A stretch of 64,000 nt of DNA from the human T2T-CHM13v2.0 reference genome, Homo sapiens. How positions within the stretch are numbered: the first letter of the stretch is position 1; each line of letters opens with the position of its first letter. A program made the translations under genes and the position numbers. The stretch lies in assembly GCF_009914755.1 (NCBI RefSeq), contig NC_060933.1. One strand, written 5' to 3'. The notes under the pieces are model-generated. The model saw only the letters and a list, made by a program, of their open reading frames with translations. It was not told where the DNA came from and did not search any database. Shown piece after piece: positions 38,745-52,448 of this stretch.

Positions 38745-39030
38745 TCTTTTTTATTGAGCTATAACTTACTTCTTTAAGTGTAAGGCATTATAAATTGTTT
38801 TGGGTACACTCATGAAACCACTACTCATATTAGGATGTGGACCTGTCCAAATCTTCAGGGAGTCCTCCCTCCCCAGGCCAGGCAATTTCTCCAGCACCAA
38901 GGTAACCACTGTTTTGTTCTCTATTGCTATGGATTGGTTTTGCTTATTTGTAAATTTATTTGTAGACTTGGTCCCTATCACTACGAATTGGTTTTGCTTA
39001 TTTGTAAACTTCATATAATTAGAAATCATG
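38745..39030 (-). mobile_element. Old L1M 3' UTR fragment
   Basis: ttttattgagctataactta...aggtaaccactgttttg...aacttcatataattagaaatcat, typical of L1M 3' ends. Confidence 0.6.
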
Positions 39031-40809
39031 AGGCATTTTCATAAGTGTGTTTTCAACTTCTATAAAGAGAAACACAATGTACCTTCTTTTTTGTGTCCTA
39101 AACCTTCTTTTTCTCAGTCCCCTTCCCTGTACATGCACTTTTCAAAGTGATTAGAGGTACAGAGAACTCTTCCTCTAATCTAATAAACAAAATGATACAA
39201 ACTCAATAATAGGTGGAAATGCCCCTCAGGTTCAATGCTAGAGAGAAACTGCAGGGAATGGTGGGGACTATGGCAAACTATGGAAAACACAGTTGTTGTT
39301 TTTCTGCTTCCAAAGGGGGACAGCATTAGCCAAGTGCAGCAATGTGGAAATGTGGGCCTCCTGTGGCCAAATTTTTCATTTTTTCTTGGGTACAAGAAAT
39401 CTGGAGTTCTTAAAATTTGAAATCTCTTTCTTTTTTTAAAAAGTTTGGCAACTAATTTTGACTTTTTTTAAACACTTGTATGCCAAACAAAACATTTCTG
39501 TGGTTTGTGTAGCCTAGAAGCTGTTGGCTTGCAACCTTTGGATGAGATAGACTATTCCGGTCTGGAGACCTAGAATTCTGGGGTGGCAGCCTGTCTCCCA
39601 TCAGTTCCTAAGAAATAGATCCAATTTGCTCACACATCGTCCCTTGCCCAGGGATGCTGAGAGTGTTTCACAATAGAAAGTGCATCTCCCTATCCTCAGA
39701 ACCTTATAATTCCTTTAGGTGCTGAGACCTTGGCTTTTATAATAGCTTCTGAAAAAAAAATGGGAGGCGGAAAGAGAGGGAGGGAATGACTTAAGGAAAG
39801 AAGAGGTAAATTGCCATTTATTGACTATCTCTAATATGTAGACATGGTTTGCTAGGCAATTCTATATATGCCATTTCATTTTGTCTCCATCACTCCCCAG
39901 TGAGGTAAGGATTATCACGTTACAGATGAAGAAGCTGAGGCTCAAAGAGGTTGTCATTGCCCAATTCACATAACGACTGTGGCAGAATTAGCTAGCTAAT
40001 TCCACTGCATTCCATCCTGCAAGGGCAACCCTCATACATGTCTTTTAAAAATATGCAACACATGCAGACAGAGAATGCAAAATTCAGTTGTGAAAAGAAG
40101 GTAGTTTTGTGGAAAGCCCTGCCGAGTGTCTAAAGGTCAGAGGTCGAATGGTTCTGAGTGACTGTTAAGTCCAGTCTAACTGACCTAGAGATGGAGAACT
40201 AAGTGCACTGGAGGGGAAGCCCATAGACAAAGAGATGCAGCCAGAATCTACTGATTTTTTTCATTCATTTATGGACACGCTCATACATTCGTTCATTTGA
40301 TTGTCCATTTGTTCATTTACTTATTCAATAAACATCGACTATGCACCTCCAAGCAGATACTCTTCAAACACTAGGAATACGAAGTGGGAAATGCCTAGGC
40401 TTTTAAAAAGCTTACCCTGGAAAGAAGCCAGAAACTCAGTGGCTGATAACAAAAAGCAAATAATTAATAATAATAATAATAATAACTGATATGATTCACT
40501 CATAGCAGGTCCCAGAAATCAAGGAAAAAAGCTAAGGGAAAAAGGGCTTATCTTAGAAGACATCCAGGAGGGGTGTCAGATCTGAGCCTCTGGATGAGGG
40601 GGCTCTCTTAGATGCTTTCTCACATGTCTTTGGCTCTGCTTGGGGCCTGTCTTCTTGGGCCTTCATCTTTTAGATGCTCTACCCACTCCAACATTTGTCT
40701 CAAAGGGCCTCTCCACCTTTCTGAACTTTGGTCTTCCCATCGGTCAAAAAAGTAAGCTATTTTATACTTACAGCTTCAGGGGATGGTATACTTTGAAGGA
40801 GATTATGGC

Positions 40810-41030
40810 GTTCAAAGCCTAGACCTTAAAACCAGATAAATGTGGGTTTAATTGCTGACTGTCACTACCTATGTGTACGATTTGGGGCAGGTCATTTAAC
40901 TTCTCTGTGCCCCAGTTTTCTCTTGTGTAAACCGGAGTCAAAAATAGTACCTATCTCATAGTTACGGTGAGAATTAAATGAGATGAAAGCTCTGAGCTCA
41001 GGGCTTAGAGCATAATATTTATTAAATAGA
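40810..41030 (+). mobile_element. MIR
   Basis: tttggggcaggtcatttaacttctctgtgccccagttttctcttgtgtaaa...gtgagaattaaatgagat. Confidence 0.7.
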
Positions 41031-41042
41031 GAATTTTGTGCC

Positions 41043-41268
41043 GATGAGGATGAGGATACTGATGGTGATGATGATATTGACGTTGGTGGAGGTGGTGATG
41101 TTAGTGATGGTGTTTTCATGCTGGTGATGATGGTGGTGGTAGTGGTGGTGCTATGATGATGATGATAAAAAGAAGATGGTGCAGATGATGGTGGTGTTGG
41201 TGGTGGTGTTGATGATGATGATGGTGGTGCCAATGGTGCTGATGATGATGACAGTGATGATGATGATT
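41043..41268 (+). repeat. Degenerate (TGA/TGG)n trinucleotide repeat
   Basis: Direct read; explains the poly-His/Ser ORFs on the - strand. Confidence 0.92.
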
Positions 41269-43024
41269 GCAACCAGGAAGAAAAGATAGTCTATTCTTCC
41301 TACCACCAAGGCAGGAAATGAAAGCCTTCTTACAAAACCTGATCTGAAAAAGCTCTGGCTGGGCTAGATGTCTCACTGGTATCAAGAGGAAAAAGGCTGA
41401 CATCTGAGGGGCCCCATCTGAGATCTCCCAACTTCTCCTGTAAACAGCCTAGCCAATCCTTCAGCTCCCACTGCCTGTCCCCTTTCCCAGTTCTAGCACA
41501 CAGAGGGGTCCTGTAGTGAGACAGGTGGGGCGTGCAGCCCTGAGTAATAGTGGAAAATCCAAAAGCCTTGGAAAGATAAATAGGCTTATGCAGATAGTAT
41601 AAAAGTCCTTTTTCCAAACTCACGTCAGGTAAACCTCAACTGACAGAAACTTGTACAACCACACCAAGACACTCCTACAGATGGATTAAATTAGCTCTCA
41701 AATAAACAGGGGAAGGCATGGGCATCGAATCCCTAGTGGATTCTAACTCTGCTGTTTTCCACTTCTTGAACCTTTACCAAATGCCCTCCAACATCTCTGG
41801 ATTTTGACTGGGAACAGACTCTCATACTGAGAGAGGAAAATCTGGTTAAGAGAATGAAAGCAGGTGATCCTCTTCACCCAGCCCCATGGCTGGGAGGCAG
41901 AGGGGGAAGAACGTAGCTTAATTGAAAGAAAGGAATACTGAAACAACCCAAATTCCCTCATTTGTATTTGTATCACATTCCTTCATGTATTTCTTCACTG
42001 TGCTCCACGCTTCACCCTGGAAGGATACAGAAGTGTCTATAACTCAGGATCTGCCCTCAAGAAACTTAAGAAATTGGTACTAGGTTTACCATTTTCACAG
42101 CATTTATATGAATGCACCATCTCAACAAGTCTATGATGTTTTCAGTACCTATCTTGTGGATGAGAGAACCAAATCTCATAGTGGAAATGTACAAAGCAAT
42201 TCCAAATCAGAATTGCAACCACATCTGTCCCATATCATATCCCATGACTTTTCCCATATACCACTTTATGCGTGTACTGGGGATGGGTAGACAATTTCAA
42301 TAGAAGCAGTAAGATGCAAGACAGTAGATTTCACATTGCAAGACTGATTGGAAGATCATCAAGTTAAGCTCTTTCTCCAAGGTCTTTGATTTACTTGAAG
42401 GTTGATAGTGGCTACATTCAGCCTATACTAAACTGATCCTCTAAACTAGACTTGTTTAGAGGACAAGTCTAGTGCTTGACCTTAGATGATCTTCTGATGC
42501 TCTAGAAGACAGGAAGACAAGTAAAGAAATTATTGTCCACTGGTAAAATCATCTCTATTTTGAGAAGAATCTGTTCCTTTATAAAATAAATATTTATTTA
42601 GCATCCCCTCTGTCAGGCATTCCTGAAGGCATGGCATATCTAATGTGAACCTGAGATTTTATGGAGCAGAGAAGAAAGGCACCCAATCCAGTCTTGGGGT
42701 CACCTGATTCCCTCTGTCACAGCCTCACCAAGAGGCCTAATTACAATTTGGCTACCATATAGGTCTGCCCTCAGGGAGAGAATAGGCTGTTTACATGGAT
42801 TTTCCACATTTTGGCCCAGGTGACTCTTCATTTTTTAATTAAAATTAATCAACTGGCCTCTCAGTCAGTTGAACAACCTCTGATCATGTGGACTTCCATA
42901 GTTGGTTGTTCACAGTTACCTGTCACTACACATCTAAGCATGTACCATTTTATTTTATTTCATTTTATTCTTTAAAGAAATAATTGTAATCTGGCATGAA
43001 AACTGGGGCATCCATGGAGAATAG

Positions 43025-43339
<315 letters not shown>

Positions 43340-43955
43340 AAGCTTCTAGAATTTTTATGGTAACTGTATTCCTAATACTATGTTATCTTTCTAGTCTTAT
43401 TTAGCTTTCTTATTTCACCCACTTTTTAAAATATCATCATGTTGGATTTTATGTTATGAGCTTTATTAAATCATTTCTGAAACAACTGGTTATTTTCAAA
43501 TCCTGGTTTCTCCACCAAACAGCTATGGAGCATGGGGAATTTACTCTCTTATGACACAAGATTAATGCCCACCTCACATCATCATGGCAAGAAATAAATA
43601 AGATAATGCATACAGTAATTAGCACAATGAATATACTCAATATATTTTAGTTGTCATTATCTTCATCATAATTATTATTTTTAAAGAGGAGGCTATAAAT
43701 AAGTGCCTATAAGCTCTGCCTAACGGGGCTAGGAAAAGTGCCAAAGAAGACATAAATTTTGAGCAGACATTTAAAAGATTCTCAAAGTGACAAAATGGGG
43801 AAGGGCATTCAGGGAAGGGGAAGAGCAAGAACGAATTCACTGTGGGCAACCTCAGAGAACTGTGGGCAGACCAGTATGACACGGCAGCAGGTGACAGCAG
43901 AGGGGTTCTCTGCCTTTCCAGGGATTTGAACCATAGGTTGGTTCATAATAGCCCA

Positions 43956-44146
43956 TGTGCTCTCAGACTGTAGTGTGCATTGGAATCATCTGCAAGGCTT
44001 GCTAAAATGCAGAGTCTCAGGGCCTGGTCTCAGAGAGTCCAATTCATTAAATCCAAAGCAGGTCTGAGGAATCTGCCGTTAATTAAACACACTCCCACGG
44101 CAATGCTGATGAAAGTGGTCTTCAGCTCATGCTTTGAGAAATGCTG
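43956..44146. mobile_element. MER5-family DNA transposon
   Basis: tgcattggaatcatctgcaaggcttgctaaaatgcaga...aatctgc...gctttgagaaatgctg. Confidence 0.65.
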
Positions 44147-44179
44147 CTCCACAGTTTTCTCCCATCCGCCTGCTGCAGT

Positions 44180-44247
44180 CACACACATGTATGCACACAT
44201 ACACACACACACATGCAAACACACACATGCGCACACACACACACACC
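44180..44247 (+). repeat. Interrupted (CA)n microsatellite
   Basis: Direct read. Confidence 0.9.
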
Positions 44248-44596
44248 CCTCCTCCCCCCACCTTATCCCAACTCCACGAATGGGTCGAATATTAGTCGAG
44301 AATTTTCTGAAAGGCCTTTCTGATCGTGTCTCTACCCTCCAGTTCTGCTTCTCCTCAACCCTTGTTCCTGCCAGGGAAATACAGAACCATGACACATGCG
44401 GTGAACACAAATATTATTTTAATCTTGTGGCTCCTGTTATTGCAAGTACCCGGGCAAGTTCTCCATGTAAAAGCCAGGGTGAGGTCAGGAATTGGAAGGT
44501 CCCAGAAGAGGTGAGGTGGTTAAATGTAATGCCAACACGGAGGTGGGTCCCTCCCAATCCCAAGCCCATCTGACCTTTCTCTCCCTCTTCCCACAG

Positions 44597-44668
44597 AGAG
44601 TTGTCTGCACTGCTGGTCTCAAGTGGTATCCTCACCCTGCTCTGATTCACTGTGTCAAAGGCTGTGAG
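44597..44668 (+). CDS. PAPPA: PAPPA exon 20 (RVVCTAGLKWYPHPALIHCVKGCE; end of CCP5)
   Basis: CTGAC branch point, long pyrimidine tract, ccacAG acceptor; GAG|GTGAGT donor; 72 nt, phase 0 to 0. Confidence 0.96.
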
Positions 44669-46559
44669 GTGAGTCACAAGGAAGGCACTCCTCAGTTCCC
44701 TGGAAATAATCCTGCTGTTGTTATTGTTATTGTTATATTAATGTTGGCTATCCTTTGCCATACCTACTGAGTGTTGAAAATATCCATTTAGCAGACTTCT
44801 TGGACAGGGATTAGCAGCCTTATTTTACAGATGATGGAATTGAGGCACAGAGATATAAAGAAACATACTAAAAAGCATAGGGAATGGGTAACAGAGTTGG
44901 GTTCCAAGCCAGGCTTTTGTGGCTCCAGAGCCTGTGGTCTACAAAATATGGGATCTGTAAGAAAGGAAGGGCAGGGGGCTATAATGATTTACCATCTAGA
45001 ATATGCTAATGTTGGAAATTTACCAACATTGTTACATTTAACCTTTACAGAGTCAGGTGAGGTGGTTTTATTTTTAATTTCCATTTTACTGATGACCTTT
45101 ACTTGCAGACCTATTCCTTCTGCCCCACATCTTAGTCATTTACTCATGCCTCAATCCCAGAAGGAATATGAATGCCTTAGACCTAACCATTGAGCTGAAG
45201 TGAAAGAGCCTTTATAACCCTTAAATTCTATGACTTCACAGTTGAGCCATTCCTTACAGCTTGGAATTATAGAGATCTGTCTCTGTGTGTCAGTGACAAG
45301 CTTGGGAGGACTCAAGGAGCATGGTTCTTGGGAGATCAGCTGTGTCCTGAAGGGAGGGCTGTCCACGGAACTCAAAGACATTTCTGCACATCACTCTGCC
45401 CCTTGTGGCTCTTCCCAGCTGGCAGTGAAAAAGCGGCCCCAAATCCCTTCCAGGTGGATGGCCAAATCTCTGTGGTTCATCCAGAGCCCACTGAGGCAAA
45501 CGCAGGTGAAAAGGATCAGACCATGCCCTAGAAAAAGTCGTATCTGATGAAACTCTTAGAATGCCAGAACCAGAAAGACTCTTTTACCTAATCTCAACTA
45601 ATCTTTTATTTTTAAAATGGGTAAACAGAGACCCAGGCAGTGGCTGGATCTAAAATTTGATGGAATGCCAAAACTGGGAAGGCTCTTAATTTGATCTAGC
45701 TCTATTTTCTTGGTGTATAGAGTAGAAAACGAGGGCCAGAGAGGGGATGGAATGTCCAAGTTTGCACAGCATGATAACCACAAAGACAAAACGTAAGCCC
45801 AGCTCTTCTAACGTCCAGGCTGGTGCTTTTCTCCTGCTGCCTGCCTATGATCCATTCCCTGATCTGTGTCACAAGACAATCCCTAGGTTACACATTTTTT
45901 TCTCTGCATTGTTGAGGGATTTCCTGAGGGCACTTGACATTGTACTTGACTTTAGGAACCCCATTCTCTCAGGCTTCAATTAGGAATGGCAAAATCAAAG
46001 CCAAGGCCCTGTGGCTGTTGCTTACTTCTGTCTTTTTGGATCAATCCAGCATTTTGGGAAAAGAAAGCTTGAGTTACCTGGGCACTCATTCTGCTGAGTT
46101 GGCGGTCTGGGCAACCAGTGTGACAGCGGAATTCAATCCCTCCTTGGACTCAGCAGTGAGACCCAAGAGACCCTCACCTGTCAGACTCTGAGCCCTGCCA
46201 GTGATGTTTATCACCTTTGCCCTTGCAGGTGCCCCTCATCTCCTGTCCTCTTTAGCTTTGTTCTAATAGTGCCTTGTCTGGAGCTGAAAATTATGCTTAG
46301 AAGACATACAAACTCTGGGACTATCAACCTTGAATATCCAGAGGTATCCAAGATAAAGAAAGGGTTTGGGGACCCCTGAGCCCCTGTTTTCTGCACCATG
46401 CTGGGTCCAAAGTGATCATTCACTCACTTGTTCACCAAAGCTTCACTGAGAACCTCTTATATGCCAGATACTGTTCCAGTTCTGGGAATACATTGGTGTT
46501 AGTCCAGTGAAAATAGTAACTATGCTCTCCTTGAGTCATCTATGATATCTTCTTGCCTG

Positions 46560-47352
46560 TCATCCATCCATCCATCCATCCATCCATCCATCCATCCATC
46601 GTTTTACTAAATAAACATTTATGGAATCTATATTTGATAAAGTTTTGCACAAATACGAGACATTTTGCTAGCAATCTAGGATACAGAAATGGATGATGCG
46701 CACAGTATAGTGAAGGAGATAGACAATTAAAGAGAGAATTTTAAAATCCTGAAGAGCTATCACAAAATCAAATACAAGAGGCTATGGCAGCAGACAGCAT
46801 CCTGAGGCTATTAGGGGTGGCATTTTGGAGAGGTAACATTTGAGCTAGATCTTGAAGGATGGTTTGTTTGTCTGAATGCGTTACTAGTAGAAGGAGCAAC
46901 ATGAGATAAACCAGAGACAGGAGAAATCTCTAAGTACCAGAGCTTTTCTCATATTGTTCCCTGTCTCTAGAAATTCTCTCTTCTCCACCCCCACCTAATT
47001 AACTCCTACTCATCTTTATGATCTCAGCTGAAGCGTCATTTCTTCAGGGACTTCACTGAGCTCCCTGTCTAGATCAAATCTTTCTACTTTTTAATAGCAT
47101 CACAAACCTCTTCTCCATAGCTCTTATCAGAGTTGAAATTGGTTAATTAGATGTGTGATTATGTGATTAAAGTCTGTCTCTTCACCAGAGTATAAGGTCT
47201 GGAGGGGTAGGAACTATATCTATATTAATTCACTATTGCATCCTTTTCCTTAGCATAATGTGTAACACATCGTAGGAATTAAATACATAGGATGGAATAA
47301 GGATAAATGAATGGATGGATGGATGGATGGACGGATGGATGGATAGGTGGAT
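46560..47352. mobile_element. Two oppositely oriented L2 fragments with (ATCC)n and (GGAT)n tails
   Basis: L2-type 3' tandem tails at both outer ends and L2-like bodies between. Confidence 0.55.
46561..46600 (+). repeat. (CATC)10 tetranucleotide STR
   Basis: Perfect 40-nt run. Confidence 0.95.
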
Positions 47353-49411
47353 GAAAGGATATGGTTGCAGGAAAGAACATATAGGGTAGAGTAACTAGTG
47401 ATGGGACTGGAGAATTTTTTCAGGGCCAAATAAAGAAGTATCACCTTCATTTAATTTTTCTCTTTTCCCCTAGCTACTTCTTTATCAAGCCAGTTCCTTT
47501 TATTCTAAGGAAGGGACAATTAGTCTCCATCATTATTCTGTTCATTTATTACATAAAAAAGAACATAACCCACAGGCAGATCTCCTGAGGCAGGAAGGAA
47601 AAGAAAGGGTTTATTGTTTGTTGTTTGTTTATACCCCACTGCTCTAATGTGGATGTGATGTGTTCATTCTGGTGGTCACACAGCAGAGTCACACCTGAAC
47701 CCACAGCCATATGCATGCACACCCACACAACTGAGCTCAGGTCTTCCTTGCTCTCAGAGCTCTGTCTAGCTGTGATCTTTTAGACTCTAGTAGTAGAGTG
47801 ATGAAATGAAATCTGGCATCATGAGTTCAGGGTGAAAAGTTTCTGTGAGTAAGAATTTGGAACAGAGAGGCAAAAGCCAGGAATGCCACATGGGATGGAG
47901 CTTGGTTCTTTCTGGAGCAGTGAGGATGGGAAGGGGAGACCACTGGATCACAGATGGCATGCTTGGATGCAAAGGTCTTAAACAAATGTTGTCTCTTTCC
48001 CATGAATGAGTCACTGATCTTTAGAGACCCCAACCAGCACTTTAATCAGAGTGGTTTCACTTTCATCTGCTTTCTATATTGAAATGTCACACAATATGGC
48101 ATTTGATGGTGAGGAGAGGGGTAGGTTCACTGTTTTGAGAAATCAATGGACTAATCTGGCCTCTTTATTTCATTAGTGGGAGTCCTGAGGCCTAGAGGAG
48201 ATAAGGTCACTTAACCAAAACCATGAAGTAACCATCCCATTGGCTGAGGTTGGGAGGACTAGAACCCAGGTTTTCTCAATCCCTGCCAACTGCCCTTGCC
48301 ACTATGCCGGTACAATTACATTCCACTTCAGAAACATTATTAAGAGCCAAAGTTGTGTGCAGCCTTAAATGAGGTGATTGGGAGTCAAAGACAAACTAGA
48401 CATTGCCCATGTCCATGAAGAGCTCACAGTCTTGCACCAGCTACAGAAACATAAACAGACCACAGAATACAATGTGCTAGCGGTTGGGATGAGGAAATAC
48501 AAGTGACTGGGGAATCCAAGAGACTCCTGGACTTTCCCCTAATAAGGCTCTGGGTTCAGATAAATAATGGCTTGACTCTATTATCTTTTCTTCATCTTGG
48601 GAGTGTCCTGGGGTGGAGAAACACACAGAAGAAAAGAAATAAATCAGTATATGCCAGAACAGCCAAGAGAGATGAAGTAAAAAACCATAGAGCCAACTTA
48701 GATTTAAATCACTTACTCTGACTGTGCCAATGTGATTTTGGGCAAGTCCCTGTCTTTGAGTCTCCGCATCTTCATCTGTAGAGTGAGAAAACCAATACCT
48801 ACCTCACTTATTGTTTGGAGAGCAAAAGAAGAAAACAAACATGTAAAATGTGTGACATCAAGTACATCTGCCCTCCTTGTGAGAGGGAGCCCACTATCAC
48901 ACACAGACCATGGTGCCAAATTCCTATGAGTTCTTACATTTTATCTTAATGCTTCTTGGGCAGTTTACATTCAGCTTCCTAACATATTTGCATATATTTT
49001 ATTACAAATTACGTTTTTAATTACATACTGCTGAAAAAAGTGGGAGAAGGAGGCTTACATTTCCTGGTCATTTCTTTGAGTAAAATGAGCCCTCTTTCAG
49101 GAAGATGTAAGCCATCTATTTTGTGGTTTTGCATACCCAAGCACACAAGAGTATGTCTCTCAGCATAACCATACTCTAGTTGGAAAAAACTGGGTAAGAG
49201 TCTTTATGAATGGTAGAAAGAAAGATAAGAGTCTTTATGAATGGTAGAGGTGATAACTCATTCAAGGGGGTGTTGGGGATGTGAAGCCTGGCCAGCTAAT
49301 CGTGGAAGGCTGTGAAAAGATGACAGACACCCGAAGGACTGCAGACGTCAGCTCCCACTCACTCCAGGATGCTAACAAGGCCTCATTTCCTCCTTCTGTC
49401 TCCCTTTCCAG

Positions 49412-49510
49412 CCCTTCATGGGAGACAATTATTGTGATGCCATCAACAACCGAGCCTTTTGCAACTATGACGGTGGGGATTGCTGCACCTCCACAGTGAA
49501 GACCAAAAAG
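49412..49510 (+). CDS. PAPPA: PAPPA exon 21 ([33 protein letters not shown]; LNR3)
   Basis: ccctttccAG acceptor; AAG|GTAGGC donor; 99 nt, phase 0 to 0; Lin12/Notch repeat motif GDxxCD...CxYDGGDC. Confidence 0.97.
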
Positions 49511-51160
49511 GTAGGCCAGTGTGCACTCCTCGGCAGCTGCCTCCTGCCCACTTCTCCAGCTTGTGGGGCCAGGATCACTCCTTCATGGCTGGACAACCCT
49601 TGTCCTAACTCTGCCAGCACTGTCCACACGCTTTATTTCTTTTTTTAATTTTTATTCTTTTGGTCAGTAGTTGAACTAATATCATAGGCTGGGCCCTGGT
49701 TGATTTTTGCAGATGTGGTTCTCAAAGCTTAGAATTGGGTACGGAAGCAGGTAATAAAACTGCAATAAGTACTTTCGGAAAGGAAGGACAAAGTGCTTGG
49801 GGGGCTAGGCAAGGGGTCAGAGAAGGCACTCTAGAGCAAGAGGCATCTGCACTGAAACTTGAGGGATAAGAGGAAGGGGTGAGGAGGTGGTCAAAAGAAC
49901 GGTGTCTGGAGCAGGAGACTGGCATGTAAAATCCCAGTGAGAACACACATTTTTAGGGGGTAGGGCTGAAGTCTAGGAAACAGAAAATAGTACATCCCTA
50001 ATGAGGTCATTTACAGTCTTTGAGCATTTTATTATCTATCTTATTTGTCACACCTGTAGAATTAGAGAAAGATGGTCATGGTCATGGTATTTTTTCTTTA
50101 TATCAGGACACACCCAGGAGTGATTCAAGTGTTTATAGTAAACCAAAGAAAAACATTCGATAGATGCACATTAACCCCTCACAGAAAAGTGGCCACCTCC
50201 ATTTTTCTCCGACTGCCGCTGAGACCAGAGTGAGGAGCCCCAGCCAAGGGTTGGGAGGGAGGTGGTAACCCTGCTAGCCTGGGCTGAGAAGCGTTCTTGT
50301 GATGAATGAGTTAATGGAAAACTATTTCTATTTTTATATTCATCTGCAGTCAGAGCTGAAAGATCATTTCATCTGTGTCATTTTAAAGAAGGGGGAACTG
50401 AGTTTCTGAGACAGGAAAAGCAAAGAATCATAGTCAATCATGCCTAAAGAGCCCTCTATGACTATCTTGGCCCAAACGCTTCATTTTATTAATAGGGGCA
50501 CTGAGGCCCATAAAAGAGGAATGATTTGTCCCAGGTGACAAAGTGAATGATAGAAAGAGTGAGGTTCCTGGATTCCAATCCCAGTCCCTTTATTTTGCAA
50601 CATCCTTAGGAGAGTTGGTTTCTTCAAGAAAGAATCTCTGACCCAAAATACAGGAACAAATGGGACAAGACCCAAGGAACACATTCTAATCAGATGGCTG
50701 TTAGTTACTGAATCTTTTGGTTGAGGAATAAAATTTCTGGGATTGTCCAGGATCAGTCAGTCCCAGGTGGGCAACAGTTTTCAGCATGCCTACCCTTCTT
50801 TGGTTTCGGTTTGGTTTTGATTTTTGATTGATAGGACACTGAAGACGTACAATTTTTGCTTAAGTAGAGAAAAATAAAATTCATTTTCTGTTAAGGAATT
50901 TTATCATTTTTTTCTAATTATGAAATAATGCATATTGGAAAATTCAGAAAGAAGAAAACAAAAGAATTCACTTATTATCTTAAAAACCAAAGAAAACCAC
51001 TGCTTTTTATTTTGGTGTATTTTATTCTGTGAATTTTGTTAAGTAAGTGTGAGGGTATTTTTGTCGTCTGTGTATATATCACTGCCTTTCTAGCTTGCAA
51101 TCTTGTTTTGCTTAGTTTTGTTTACTTAGCACAGGAAATCTTAGACACAAGAATTACTTG

Positions 51161-51478
51161 CGCTGAGCACAGTGGCTCACGGTTGTAACTCCAGCACTTT
51201 GGGAGGCCAAGATGGGTGAATCACTTGGGACCAGGAGTTGGAGACCAGCCAGAGCAACACAGGCAGACCCTTGTCTCTACACGTAATTAATAATAATAAT
51301 AATAATAATAATAAAGTAGCCAGGTATGGAGGCACAGGTCTGTAGTCCCAGCTACTTGGGAAGCTGAAGCAGAAGGACCACTTGAGCTCAGAGAGGTCAA
51401 GGCTGCAATGAGCCATGATCATACCACTGTACTCCAGCCTAGGCGATAGGGTGAGACCCTGTCTCAAAATTTAAAAAA
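51161..51478 (+). mobile_element. AluJ with (TAA)9 in the middle A-rich linker
   Basis: J-type features (gaccagccagagcaacac, aggtcaaggctgcaatgagccatgatc). Confidence 0.92.
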
Positions 51479-51934
51479 GTTCTGATAGTAGTATAAACTT
51501 CTCAGCTGTATTTTTTGCTGCATTGTTGTTTATTATATGGCTGTGATGTATGCTAATTTATGTAACCATTTACTTCAACTTTTATTTTTAACTTTTGGAT
51601 TATTTCTTTTTTCTTATAATTTTAACTAAAATGATGCTCATGAGCGTCTTTGCACATAAAATACTTTTATAGCTCTAATTATTTCTTTATAGTTGATTCT
51701 TACAATTGGAATGCCAAGGGAGGGATGTAAGCATATTTAAGGCTCCTGATACCTGTTTCCAAATGAATATAGTGAACAATATTATCTATTTTCTTCCATT
51801 GGAGTCAGCCACCTTTGAACGTGAATGGACGATGAAGTTTGTATTTGAAATAGAAGTTTTTACAGAATTATGGCTCCATCTGACACCAACGGTTGGAGAA
51901 AGAGCAGCTCTGTTTAAAATAATGTTCCTATCTA

Positions 51935-52448
<514 letters not shown>

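Noticed and set aside
40892-41403. Poly-His/Ser/Thr ORFs
   Set aside because: Artefact of the (TGA/TGG)n simple repeat.
43980-44573. 197-aa ORF upstream of exon 20
   Set aside because: Non-ATG start; runs through a MER5 relic and a (CA)n repeat; stops before the exon.
44594-44600. CAGAGAG tandem acceptors at exon 20
   Set aside because: Alternative AGs are +2 and +4 (frameshifting, GAG context), not an in-frame NAGNAG.
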